From contig JALOPZ010000001.1 of the NCBI GenBank assembly GCA_025453605.1, forward strand, positions 365,042 to 429,041: a DNA stretch of 64,000 nt, written 5' to 3'. The stretch's first letter is position 1. The number at the start of each line of letters is the position of its first letter. The notes under the pieces are model-generated. The model was not told the DNA's origin and searched no databases. It saw only the letters and a list, made by a program, of their open reading frames with translations. This DNA is from Candidatus Margulisiibacteriota bacterium. Its GTDB lineage: Bacteria > Margulisbacteria > WOR-1 > O2-12-FULL-45-9 > XYB2-FULL-48-7. Positions 9,080 to 17,161 of this stretch are shown here, piece by piece. The position numbers were made by a program, and so were the translations under genes.

Positions 9080-9205
9080 CCCTCATCCCTAGTCCCTAGT
9101 TCCCATAGTCCCCTAGCGCCTTAGTCCCTAGTCCCCTAGCCCCTTAGTCCCTTAGTCCCTCATTCCCCTAGTCCCTTGCCCCCTTTGTCCCCTCCCAATC
9201 CTTTG
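9080..9205. repeat. Degenerate tandem heptamer array (TAGTCCC / CCTTAGT units, about 14 copies)
   Basis: The repeat is visible directly: ccctagtccctagttcccatagtcccctagcgccttagtccctagtcccctagccccttagtcccttagtccc... Confidence 0.8.
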
Positions 9206-9231
9206 ACTTTAGTTGATGGTGGTGACAAAAT
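9203..9231 (+). promoter_or_regulatory. Sigma70-like promoter (TTGACT-17-CAAAAT) placing the transcription start at the ATG of the downstream gene (leaderless)
   Basis: -35 at 9203-9208 and -10 at 9226-9231. The ATG is at 9238, 7 nt after the -10. No SD sequence. Confidence 0.4.
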
Positions 9232-9237
9232 ACCGTT

Positions 9238-9660
9238 ATGCAAAAGCCCGGCAACGGTAAAAAGAGCCCGAACCTTCTCTGGCCCGCTTTGCTGACCTGG
9301 TTTATCCTGGCCCTGGTGGCGATCATTAACGGCTCGGTCCGCAATTTCGCTTATCGTCCGCTCGTCGGCGAGCTCCCCGCCCATCAGATCAGTACGGTCA
9401 CTTTTTGCCTGCTGTTGTTGTCCGTTGTTTACCTGTTCGTCAGGATGGCTAAACCAGCCGACCGCCAGCTCCTGCCGATCGGCCTCTCCTGGGCCGCTCT
9501 GACCGGTGCCTTCGAATTTCTGTTCGGCCATTATGTTGTCGGCCACCCCTGGTCTACCCTCCTGGCGGACTATAACCTTGGCGCCGGCCGTCTCTGGCTG
9601 GTCGTCCTGGCCATGACCATCTTCTCTCCCCTGATCGCCAGGAAAATCTTTAAGGCCTGA
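9238..9660 (+). CDS. Small integral membrane protein (hypothetical)
   Basis: 140 aa with 3-4 hydrophobic helices. No known motif. Confidence 0.45.
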   Translation: MQKPGNGKKSPNLLWPALLTWFILALVAIINGSVRNFAYRPLVGELPAHQISTVTFCLLLLSVVYLFVRMAKPADRQLLPIGLSWAALTGAFEFLFGHYVVGHPWSTLLADYNLGAGRLWLVVLAMTIFSPLIARKIFKA

Positions 9661-9681
9661 CAGCGTTGGGATGATTTAGCC

Positions 9682-10074
9682 ATGCGCCTCTGGAGCTTAC
9701 ATCCGCAATATCTCGATCCCCAGGGCCTGGTCGCCCTTTGGCGAGAGTCCTTGCTGGCGCAAAAGGTGCTGCAGGGGAAGACCAGGGGCTACAAGTATCA
9801 CCCTCAACTCGACCGCTTCAAATCTCACCCCTCTCCGCTTAAAGCGATCGCTACATATTTAAGAGCGGTTCGGCAGGAAGCATGCAAGAGAGGCTACTGC
9901 TTTGACGAACGGAAGATCGGGCCAGGGAGGACGGCTACGCGGATCACGGTCAGCAAGCGCGAGGTGAAGGCTGAGTTCGCCTGGCTGCTGACTAAGCTGA
10001 AAAAACGCGCTCCGCTACGCTACCGGCAGCTCCGGACGTTAAAACAGATCAAAAGACACCCGCTCTTTAGCTGA
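9682..10074 (+). CDS. Pyrimidine dimer DNA glycosylase / AP lyase (T4 endonuclease V-like family)
   Basis: N-terminus MRLWSLHPQYLDPQGLVALWRESLLAQKVLQGKTRGYKYHPQL matches the conserved start of the bacterial Pdg (Pyr_excise) family. Confidence 0.75.
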   Translation: MRLWSLHPQYLDPQGLVALWRESLLAQKVLQGKTRGYKYHPQLDRFKSHPSPLKAIATYLRAVRQEACKRGYCFDERKIGPGRTATRITVSKREVKAEFAWLLTKLKKRAPLRYRQLRTLKQIKRHPLFS

Positions 10075-10094
10075 GCGGTCGCGCCAGATAGTCG

Positions 10095-10247
10095 TTACTG
10101 CCCTTGCGGGGTGAAAACATTCGCTCCGGACGGGGTGTTCAATCCCTTGTGGGCTTCTTTCTCCCGCTTCATCGCCCGTTTTTCCTTGAGCGAATATTTC
10201 GCCACCTTCTTCACGTTCTTCTGGCTCCCTTGTTCTTTGTTCGCCAT
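10095..10247 (-). CDS. Small Lys-rich basic protein (50 aa, hypothetical)
   Basis: GGAGGTGA SD 7 nt upstream of the ATG. Protein MANKEQGSQKNVKKVAKYSLKEKRAMKREKEAHKGLNTPSGANVFTPQGQ. It competes with an overlapping 78-aa Glu-rich frame from the track, which I reject. Confidence 0.3.
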   Translation of the reverse strand: MANKEQGSQKNVKKVAKYSLKEKRAMKREKEAHKGLNTPSGANVFTPQGQ

Positions 10248-10277
10248 CTTCCTTCACCTCCCTGATCTGGATCAAGC

Positions 10278-11483
10278 TCAGTACACTTCGGCCGTCGAGT
10301 AACCCAAAAGATTCTTGGCCGCGCGGAGCGTGTCGTAGATCATCAGCATCTCGCCCGTATTATCGGCCCAGTTGATGACCGACGCAAAAGCCATGACCGC
10401 CACATCCTGCTTCTGATCGTAACGGGCGACCGTGACATAGCCGTCAACCCCGCCGTTGTGTCCATAACCTAAGCCGTTGACCGCGGAAACACCGAGCCCG
10501 TAAACCCCGCTGGCCGCTTCCGCCGTGATCAGATCGACCGTCGCCCGGCTCAGGCCCGCCTGACCGGAGAGGAACCGCTTGATCCAACTGGCCAGGTCGG
10601 CCGGCGTGGTGATCGCGTTCCCCTCAGCCACGTGCTTGGAAATGTTGTAGCGGGTCGCGTCGGTCAGCGTCTTATTATAGTAACCGTAACCGGTAAAATA
10701 CGGCGCGGGGAGGCTGGTATCGGGACCAAGGTGCGGAAAAGTGGTCCGGGTCAGCCCGTTGGGGGCGGCCAGGTTCTCGCTTACGAATTCTCCGTAGCTC
10801 TTCCCCGAGACCCGCTCGATGATCTTGCCGAGGAGAGAATAACCGGTGTCACTGTAGTGAAAAGAGGTATCGGGCGCAAAATAGCTCAGCTGGCTGGTCG
10901 CGTCAACGCTGACCAGTTCGTCAAAAGTGTAGGTGTGTTCAGCTGAAGCGAGCTCGGTATAATAAATGTAGCTCTGGCCGGCGTACGGGACCGGCGCGGT
11001 CGCCGGGACAACCTCGTTGTCAACGTCCCAAACCCCCGCCCGGTGCCGCAGCAGCATCCTGATCGAGATCTGGTCCTTGTAGGGGATATTGTATTCCGGG
11101 GTATTGGGGACGTACGGCTCAGTCGAGCCGGGGATCGTCGCGGTTATCTTGTCGTCAACATTAAGCTTCCCCTGCTGGTGCAGGAGCATGATCGCCGCAG
11201 CAGTAAATGTTTTCGTCACGCTGGCGCAGCGGAAATGGGCGTTCGCGTCGTTGCTCGAGGTGGTAGCGTAATACGAACCTTTGGGAGAGATGATGAAAAG
11301 GGAAAGCTCCCCGCCCCACCCTTCCCAGCTGACGGCGTAATTCCGCCAGTTGGCCGCGACCAGGGCGTTGATCGCCGGGTCACTCTGGTAGCCGGAACCC
11401 TGAGGAAAAAGCGAACTGCAGCCGGTCAGCAAGCAAACAATTATGAGGACCAGGAACGCGCCGAGCGTTCGATAGTAATTCAT
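10278..11483 (-). CDS. Serine hydrolase lipoprotein, beta-lactamase / DD-peptidase (class C-like) fold
   Basis: Lipobox LLTGC. SxxK motif SVTKTF, YSDTGY (YxN-like) and HNGGVDGY (KTG-like box). Confidence 0.8.
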   Translation of the reverse strand: MNYYRTLGAFLVLIIVCLLTGCSSLFPQGSGYQSDPAINALVAANWRNYAVSWEGWGGELSLFIISPKGSYYATTSSNDANAHFRCASVTKTFTAAAIMLLHQQGKLNVDDKITATIPGSTEPYVPNTPEYNIPYKDQISIRMLLRHRAGVWDVDNEVVPATAPVPYAGQSYIYYTELASAEHTYTFDELVSVDATSQLSYFAPDTSFHYSDTGYSLLGKIIERVSGKSYGEFVSENLAAPNGLTRTTFPHLGPDTSLPAPYFTGYGYYNKTLTDATRYNISKHVAEGNAITTPADLASWIKRFLSGQAGLSRATVDLITAEAASGVYGLGVSAVNGLGYGHNGGVDGYVTVARYDQKQDVAVMAFASVINWADNTGEMLMIYDTLRAAKNLLGYSTAEVY

Positions 11484-11510
11484 GGCTCAATTATACTCTG
11501 TCGCCGTCTT

Positions 11511-11595
11511 CGACACCACTGTCGAACTTCACTACACCGAGCGAGCTGTTCGCCTCGTGCCGACCGCAAGTCGAGGTGGTAATAAACTTGCTGTA
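11511..11595 (+). repeat. Copy B of the ~80-nt conserved non-coding element, sense with the downstream lipoprotein gene
   Basis: Inverted relative to copy A at 8988..9067. Lies in the divergent intergenic region, 73 nt upstream of the ATG at 11669. Confidence 0.7.
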
Positions 11596-11668
11596 ACTAA
11601 AGCAGCATCTTTTTACGGGAGGTTAAACAGCTAGGTCGGGGAAACCATACTTATCAGGAGGTTAACTA

Positions 11669-12319
11669 ATGAATATCAAATACGCTTCGTTCCTGCTGAT
11701 CCCGCTCCTCTTTCTCCCCGCTCTCGGTTGCGGCTCGTCCAACCGCCAGCAGGGGGATGTGACCCTGGCCGATAAGCCGGCCAAAACCGATAACCCCCAG
11801 GTCCGCGAGTTTAACCAGCAGCTCGGCGCGATCGAAGATCAGGCGAGCGCCGAAAAAGCGGTCAACTCGTTCGTCAATTACGTCGACTCCCGGCTCGCCA
11901 GGCCGACCGGTGAGGTCGGTGCCAGCTCCCTGCGCGCCCTGATGACTACCGACCTGATCAAAGCGGTCGCTCACCAGGAACTTTACGCCCGCCAGGAAGG
12001 AGCGGCCGGGGCGATGTCGAGCAACTATCCGGAGGCACCCAAACCGCTCCTCGACGTCGGCACCATCACCGACACGGTCAACGAGCTGGGCAAAGAAGCG
12101 GGTGTCCGGGTCGATGACGAAACCGTTAACAGCGTGAAAAGCGCGGTAGAAGCGTCGGTCCCCAACCTGAACCCGGCCGGCAAGGCCGAAATGACCCCGC
12201 TCAACGCCCTGGTCGTCGGCTACGCGATCGGCAGCGGTGATGACGGCTCAGCCGCGGCAGGGTCGGTCGAGATCCCGGCCGCCAAGCTTGGCGCTTTCGT
12301 CGAAACGATCACGCAGTAA
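11669..12319 (+). CDS. Lipoprotein (hypothetical)
   Basis: RBS AGGAGG. Signal plus lipobox LPALGCGS. Ala/Val/Ser-rich mature part. Confidence 0.5.
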   Translation: MNIKYASFLLIPLLFLPALGCGSSNRQQGDVTLADKPAKTDNPQVREFNQQLGAIEDQASAEKAVNSFVNYVDSRLARPTGEVGASSLRALMTTDLIKAVAHQELYARQEGAAGAMSSNYPEAPKPLLDVGTITDTVNELGKEAGVRVDDETVNSVKSAVEASVPNLNPAGKAEMTPLNALVVGYAIGSGDDGSAAAGSVEIPAAKLGAFVETITQ

Positions 12320-12325
12320 GGAGGG

Positions 12326-13249
12326 ATGAACATGAACAAGGTAAGAATTGTCCTCCTCTTTTTAACGCTGACCCTGGCTGTCACCCAGGCGGTGGCCGGC
12401 GGCGGTAAAGGCCGGTCCTCGGCCCCAACCTATTATACGCTGGAAGACCTGCGGGAGCAGTTGAAAGTGCAATGGTTTGACTTTGCCAACGCCAGCAAGC
12501 CGCCTTATGCGTTAGTCGAGCTAGGCGCGATCCCGATCTATCCGGCCAGCACTGCTAAGCGGGCGGCGCAAACCCGGTCACTGCTGGCGAATCCCTCGGC
12601 CTACCGGGTCAAGGCTTCCCGCTTGAACGCCAGCTGGATCGACTACGATAACCGCACCTTCGACTGGCCGACTTTCAGCGGCAACGGGGGCCTCAAGGGG
12701 GACCTTGTCTTCCTCCGTTCCAACGGGATCGGGGCTGACGTGGTTAAGATCTTCTCGAACTGGACCCATGTCGCCATCGTTGTCGATCCCTGGGGGAAAA
12801 CAGTCTTCGAGTCAACTCCGGGAACCGGCGTCAATGTTAATTACGCGCCGTCAACCTGGAGCACGGTCTCGTATTACACCTGCAAGCGGATCAGGCCCTA
12901 CAGCAGCGGCCTGGTCGCTTCGCTGGTAGATAAGGGGATAGCGGCGTTCAGAGGATTGCCCTACTTCCCCAAATTCAGCACGACCAGAGGGAATGTAACC
13001 GAGTTCACCTTTGCCTGGTCGAATAAGGAAGACCTCTCTTCGATGTATTGCTCCAAGCTGGTCTATCAGACGTTCAAAAATTATGTTTCCTTCGACACCA
13101 ACAACACCAGCGTGACGAACAGTCTGTATCAGGAGCGGGCTGGAGGGAGCCCGGCTTTTAGCTGGATCGGCGTCTCGCCCGACGATGTCTATTATTGCGC
13201 CGATCTTGATCACGATTTCTGCTATTCCCCCAACCTCCGGTACATATGA
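12326..13249 (+). CDS. Secreted permuted papain-fold cysteine hydrolase (YiiX/C92-like)
   Basis: Signal peptide. His-containing block WTHVAIVVDPWGKTVFESTP comes before the Cys block MYCSKLVYQTF, the His-before-Cys order of permuted NlpC/P60-like enzymes. Family call is from memory of motifs. Confidence 0.5.
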   Translation: MNMNKVRIVLLFLTLTLAVTQAVAGGGKGRSSAPTYYTLEDLREQLKVQWFDFANASKPPYALVELGAIPIYPASTAKRAAQTRSLLANPSAYRVKASRLNASWIDYDNRTFDWPTFSGNGGLKGDLVFLRSNGIGADVVKIFSNWTHVAIVVDPWGKTVFESTPGTGVNVNYAPSTWSTVSYYTCKRIRPYSSGLVASLVDKGIAAFRGLPYFPKFSTTRGNVTEFTFAWSNKEDLSSMYCSKLVYQTFKNYVSFDTNNTSVTNSLYQERAGGSPAFSWIGVSPDDVYYCADLDHDFCYSPNLRYI

Positions 13250-14376
13250 TCGTGCGCTGGCTGCTCATTTTACTGGTCCTTAACGCCTTTAGCGGCGGCG
13301 CCCTGGCTTCCCCGGGGCGCTCCGCCTATGCCCTGCGCTTTACCGCCCGCCAGACCTGGCTTGATCGTTTTGATCCCGATCGCGACGAGATCATTGGCCG
13401 CCGCCCGCTAAAGGAAAATTGCGGCTATAACAATTTTGTCGTTGATGAAACGGGCGGCTGCTACCTGGCGCAATACCGTTATGGCGGCAGTCTCTACGGC
13501 CGTCGGGTGGATCATTACGATCCTGAGCGGGCCCGTCTCTCAACCTTCCTGAAGCTGGGCAATTGTTTCGGCCCCCGTTATCTTGTTCTGACCAAGGATC
13601 AGCTGATCGTCGAAGTCCGCGGGAACGATGATTCGCGACTATTCAGCGGGCTGATCTTTATCGACCGCCGTCAGCGGCGGATCACCAGGCGCCTGTTCAT
13701 TCGCGAGAACGATCCCGCCCTGTCACAAGCCAATCTTAACGAGCTTTATTACGATGGCGGCCGATACCTGCTCTGTTCCACGTTTTACTGCGCCCGCGAT
13801 CCTAACGGCACGCTGGAAGCGGCGGCCTTGCCGGAAGACGGTCACGGCGATATTCTGATCATCGACGTCGTGGCCCGGGCTTTGCTCGGCAGGATCATCG
13901 TGCCGCGCCAATATTTCCCGGTCGATGGCGTTTGCCTGATCGGCGATAAAGTGTACGTCGCCGCCCTGGAAAAGGGGCGTCGGGCCAGCAGCGGCTCTGC
14001 CCCGGCCAACCAGGAGCTGCTTGTTTTTAGTCTGGCCAGCCGGAAATTGCTCAAAACTATCCCGGTCGCTCCCTTTCCCTACAAATTGGCTGCTGACCCC
14101 TCGGTCGGCAAACTCTATGTCCAGCACCTGTACGGCTCGACCGTCGAAGTGCTCTCGACCGTTAATGACCGGATCATCAAACGGTTGGAAATACCGGCTG
14201 TCCTAATGGCCGCGGTGGTCAAACCGGGCAAACTGTACGTTTCGACCGGAGACATGCTCTGGGAAAAACGTCCGGTCAAAGCCGGCCTGCTCATCATCGA
14301 CACGCGGACGGATAAGATCATCAAGCGGTTTGACGGCGAGTACAAGGGGATCTCGGAGAAGTCGTTCGTTGAGTAA
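13246..14376 (+). CDS. Secreted beta-propeller-like repeat protein (hypothetical)
   Basis: Signal peptide. Repeated KxYV..xxxxxVxVL/I blocks (KVYVAALEKG, KLYVQHLYGSTVEVL, KLYVSTGD). ATGA overlap with the upstream gene. Confidence 0.45.
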   Translation: MIVRWLLILLVLNAFSGGALASPGRSAYALRFTARQTWLDRFDPDRDEIIGRRPLKENCGYNNFVVDETGGCYLAQYRYGGSLYGRRVDHYDPERARLSTFLKLGNCFGPRYLVLTKDQLIVEVRGNDDSRLFSGLIFIDRRQRRITRRLFIRENDPALSQANLNELYYDGGRYLLCSTFYCARDPNGTLEAAALPEDGHGDILIIDVVARALLGRIIVPRQYFPVDGVCLIGDKVYVAALEKGRRASSGSAPANQELLVFSLASRKLLKTIPVAPFPYKLAADPSVGKLYVQHLYGSTVEVLSTVNDRIIKRLEIPAVLMAAVVKPGKLYVSTGDMLWEKRPVKAGLLIIDTRTDKIIKRFDGEYKGISEKSFVE

Positions 14377-15685
14377 GGTCAGCTTGATCGCGCTCGGGGT
14401 ATTTCTCCTGCTGGCGGCCCTGCCGAATCCGCTCGCCCACGCGCCGCTCCTGATCTTTGCCGCCTTTGTCCCGCTCCTGGTCGGGAACCAAAAGTTGACG
14501 GGCTGGCCGCGCGTCCGGTTCAATTTTGCTTTCTGTTATCTCTCATTTATCGGGCTGACGTCCCCGCTCGACTCGGCAGCGCTCGGAGTGACAGGCAACG
14601 ATCTGCTGGTCCTCGCCGCCGCTTTCGGTCTGGCCGCGCTCCTCTACACTGTTATCTTCGCTGTCACCGCCGCACTGGCCGACCGGGGCCCTGGCTGGGC
14701 TTTTCCGCTTTACTGGAGCGCCGGCTGGCTGATAAGCCAATGGCTCTGCCAGAACCTCCCTTTCCTGATCCCCGGGCCGATCGAAACCGCCCTCGTCCCC
14801 TGGCCGGTCATCCTCCAGTCGGCCAACATCTTTGGTGCGACGGTGATCGGCGGCCTGATCTTTTTGACTAACGCCGTGCTGGCGTTCGCGCTAGCCGACC
14901 GCTCCCACGCCGCGTCGATCTGGCTGCTGGTCGTGACCCTTCTCCATCTCGGCAATCTCGGTTATGGCTGGTCGGCTTTGCGGTCAGACTTACCCGCCGA
15001 TGAAACGGTCACGGTCGCGCTGGTCCAGCCAAACATCAGCGCCGCCGCCTACCAGAAAGCGGCCCAGAACAAATTATTGGAATACGGTTTTTGGCGGGAA
15101 TTGGAGAAGTTGACCGCGCTCGCGTCGGACCAGGGGGCGGAATTGGTCATCTGGCCGGAACTGTCGGGAACTGCTCTTCCGGCAAAGCCAGCGCGCGCCA
15201 GGACAGCTGAACTGTTGTACGGCACGATCAGCGGCGGCGCCAACGCGGCGGTCATCGGGCAGCCGGACGGTTCGCTCAGTCAGCCTTACTGCAAAACTAT
15301 CCTCTTCCCCTTCGCCGAGTCGTTCACTTATCGGGCGGGACGAGCTTATCAACCATTGCCGTCCGCCACCCGGCTGGAACGGGTCGGCGCCCTGATCTGC
15401 CTCGAATCGCTTTACCCGGCGGTCGCCCAAAAACTGGTCCGCCACGGCGCCGCCTGCCTGGCGTTGCTGTCGACCGACGCCGCTTTCGGCAATTCGACCC
15501 TCCCCTACATCCACAAGAACGCGCTCGCTTTGCGGGCGATCGAGAATAACCGTTACGCGTTCCATGTCAGCAACACCGGCCCGTCGGCAGCTTTTGATGA
15601 GCGGGGGAGAGAGTTGGCGTTGATCCCGTACGGGGAACGGGGCTTCGTTCTGGTCGGTGTTCCTGCCGCCCGGCTTATTTTCTGA
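14330..15685 (+). CDS. lnt: Apolipoprotein N-acyltransferase (Lnt)
   Basis: Six N-terminal TM helices, then a CN-hydrolase domain with LVQPNI...K, LVIWPEL (Glu), YCKTILFPFAE, the ALICLES catalytic Cys and the LSTDAAFGNSTLPYIHKNALALRAIEN tail. The start may be the downstream TTG at 14369. Confidence 0.8.
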   Translation: MTASTRGSRRSRSLSKVSLIALGVFLLLAALPNPLAHAPLLIFAAFVPLLVGNQKLTGWPRVRFNFAFCYLSFIGLTSPLDSAALGVTGNDLLVLAAAFGLAALLYTVIFAVTAALADRGPGWAFPLYWSAGWLISQWLCQNLPFLIPGPIETALVPWPVILQSANIFGATVIGGLIFLTNAVLAFALADRSHAASIWLLVVTLLHLGNLGYGWSALRSDLPADETVTVALVQPNISAAAYQKAAQNKLLEYGFWRELEKLTALASDQGAELVIWPELSGTALPAKPARARTAELLYGTISGGANAAVIGQPDGSLSQPYCKTILFPFAESFTYRAGRAYQPLPSATRLERVGALICLESLYPAVAQKLVRHGAACLALLSTDAAFGNSTLPYIHKNALALRAIENNRYAFHVSNTGPSAAFDERGRELALIPYGERGFVLVGVPAARLIF

Positions 15686-16337
15686 CCCGGCGGTAGACAG
15701 CGGCGTAGAGCGTCAGCAGGGTAAAGTTATATAAGAAATCCTCCAGCGGGATCGTTCCGACTCTCAGGTTCAGGATGGCATTGGGACCATAGGTCACGAC
15801 CGGCAGGGCGGTCAGGACCGCGTTAAAGATAAAGAAGAGGACCATCCCGATCCCGATCCAGGCCCAGTACAGGCGCGAGGAGACCAGCGGCTGATGATAG
15901 ACCGGCACGCTCAGGCACCACGCTCCGGTCGCCAGCAAAACAAGCACAGTGTAACCTTTATCGGACGCGAGAAGCGCCCCGGTCAGGCAAGCCAGCGCCG
16001 CCCAGTAGAAGAGCCGCCGGTTGACGGCGATCTCGCCGTCCCTCAGGTAAGTGAGCATCTGCTCGTAAAGAAACAGACAGCTGTACGGCACGGTCACAAA
16101 AAAGAGCCATTCCTCGATCGGCAAACCGAGCAATTTGGCGCCGGTCACATACCGGGGATTAAAGGCCCAGTGACCGAGCCCGGTGACCAGCACGTCCCAA
16201 ATGATGAACAGCAGGCCGACCGTCAGGATAGAGATCAGTAACGGCCGCCAGCGCCGGTAAAAGCGGAACCCGGGGAGAAAAGTCAGCAGCAGGGGCCCGG
16301 CAATGATCGCCAGGTTAATGGCCAGATAGGTTCTCAT
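15675..16337 (-). CDS. Lycopene cyclase domain protein (fused CrtYc/CrtYd-type)
   Basis: Two repeats of the xPxEE motif (LPIEEWLFF and IPLEDFLYNF) in a 7-TM protein. The ATG overlaps the crtB stop (ATGA). Confidence 0.75.
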   Translation of the reverse strand: MRTYLAINLAIIAGPLLLTFLPGFRFYRRWRPLLISILTVGLLFIIWDVLVTGLGHWAFNPRYVTGAKLLGLPIEEWLFFVTVPYSCLFLYEQMLTYLRDGEIAVNRRLFYWAALACLTGALLASDKGYTVLVLLATGAWCLSVPVYHQPLVSSRLYWAWIGIGMVLFFIFNAVLTALPVVTYGPNAILNLRVGTIPLEDFLYNFTLLTLYAAVYRRVRK

Positions 16338-17161
16338 CGGGCGGTCACCAGATTGTAAAGAACCCGGGCGACGATCCGGGCGCGCGACGGCTTGACGACC
16401 CGACGGTATACCTGCAGCGGCTCCCGCTCGATCTCCGCCGCGGTCCACCGGTACATGTCGGCCGCCGTCTTGACCGGGATCAGGTAGCGGCGTGGGATAA
16501 AATGGTACCCTTCTTCCGCCCTCGCCTGCCATTGTCGGTAACGGGTCAACTGCAACTCGATGAACCGCCGGAACTGCTCGGCCTTACTCTCCGCTTCGGC
16601 CGGCCGGAGCGAGTTAAGGCCGAACTGCGCCAGCTCAGCACCGGGTAAATAGGTCCGCCCGAGTTTCTGGTCTTCATTTATGTCACGGATAAAATTGACA
16701 TACTGCATCGCTTTGCCCAGATACCGGGCCGGTTCCAGCGCGGCTTCGGGGAGGTTAAGGATCCGGGCCATCATCAGACCGACCACTTCGGCCGAGCCGT
16801 AAATATATTCCTCCGTTTCGCCGATCGTCCGATACTCTTGCTTGTGCGTATCCAGCTCCATCGAGTAAAGGAACGACTCGACCCACTGGGGATCGAACCG
16901 TTTTCGTCTGAGTAAGTCGATAAAGCTGTCGATCACCAGATCGCCGGAGGGTCCAGCCGCCAGCGCCCGGGCATAGCGCTCGGCAAAAGCATTGAACCCG
17001 TCCTTGTCCTGCGGGAGGGAATCAACATAGTTGTCGGCCTGACGGACGAACGCATAAAGGATCGAGACGTCGGCCCGGACCGGCGCGGGGAAAAAAAGAG
17101 CGCTGTAAAAGTAGGTCCGGCTCCCCGCCCGGAAGATCGCCCGCTGCCGGCTAACGTCCAT
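16334..17161 (-). CDS. crtB: Phytoene synthase
   Basis: Squalene/phytoene synthase signatures: YAFVRQADNYVDS, YIYGSAEVVGLMMARIL and MQYVNFIRDINEDQKLGRTYLP. Confidence 0.9.
   Translation of the reverse strand: MDVSRQRAIFRAGSRTYFYSALFFPAPVRADVSILYAFVRQADNYVDSLPQDKDGFNAFAERYARALAAGPSGDLVIDSFIDLLRRKRFDPQWVESFLYSMELDTHKQEYRTIGETEEYIYGSAEVVGLMMARILNLPEAALEPARYLGKAMQYVNFIRDINEDQKLGRTYLPGAELAQFGLNSLRPAEAESKAEQFRRFIELQLTRYRQWQARAEEGYHFIPRRYLIPVKTAADMYRWTAAEIEREPLQVYRRVVKPSRARIVARVLYNLVTAR

Noticed and set aside
9080-9205. Possible CRISPR array
   Set aside because: Units are only 7-8 nt, directly abutting, with no spacers and no cas genes. This is a microsatellite-like array, not CRISPR.
10039-10275. 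78-aa Glu/Arg-rich minus-strand ORF after the serine hydrolase
   Set aside because: No SD. Its composition looks like the out-of-frame reading of the overlapping Lys-rich 50-aa ORF, which has a strong RBS. Both remain low confidence.
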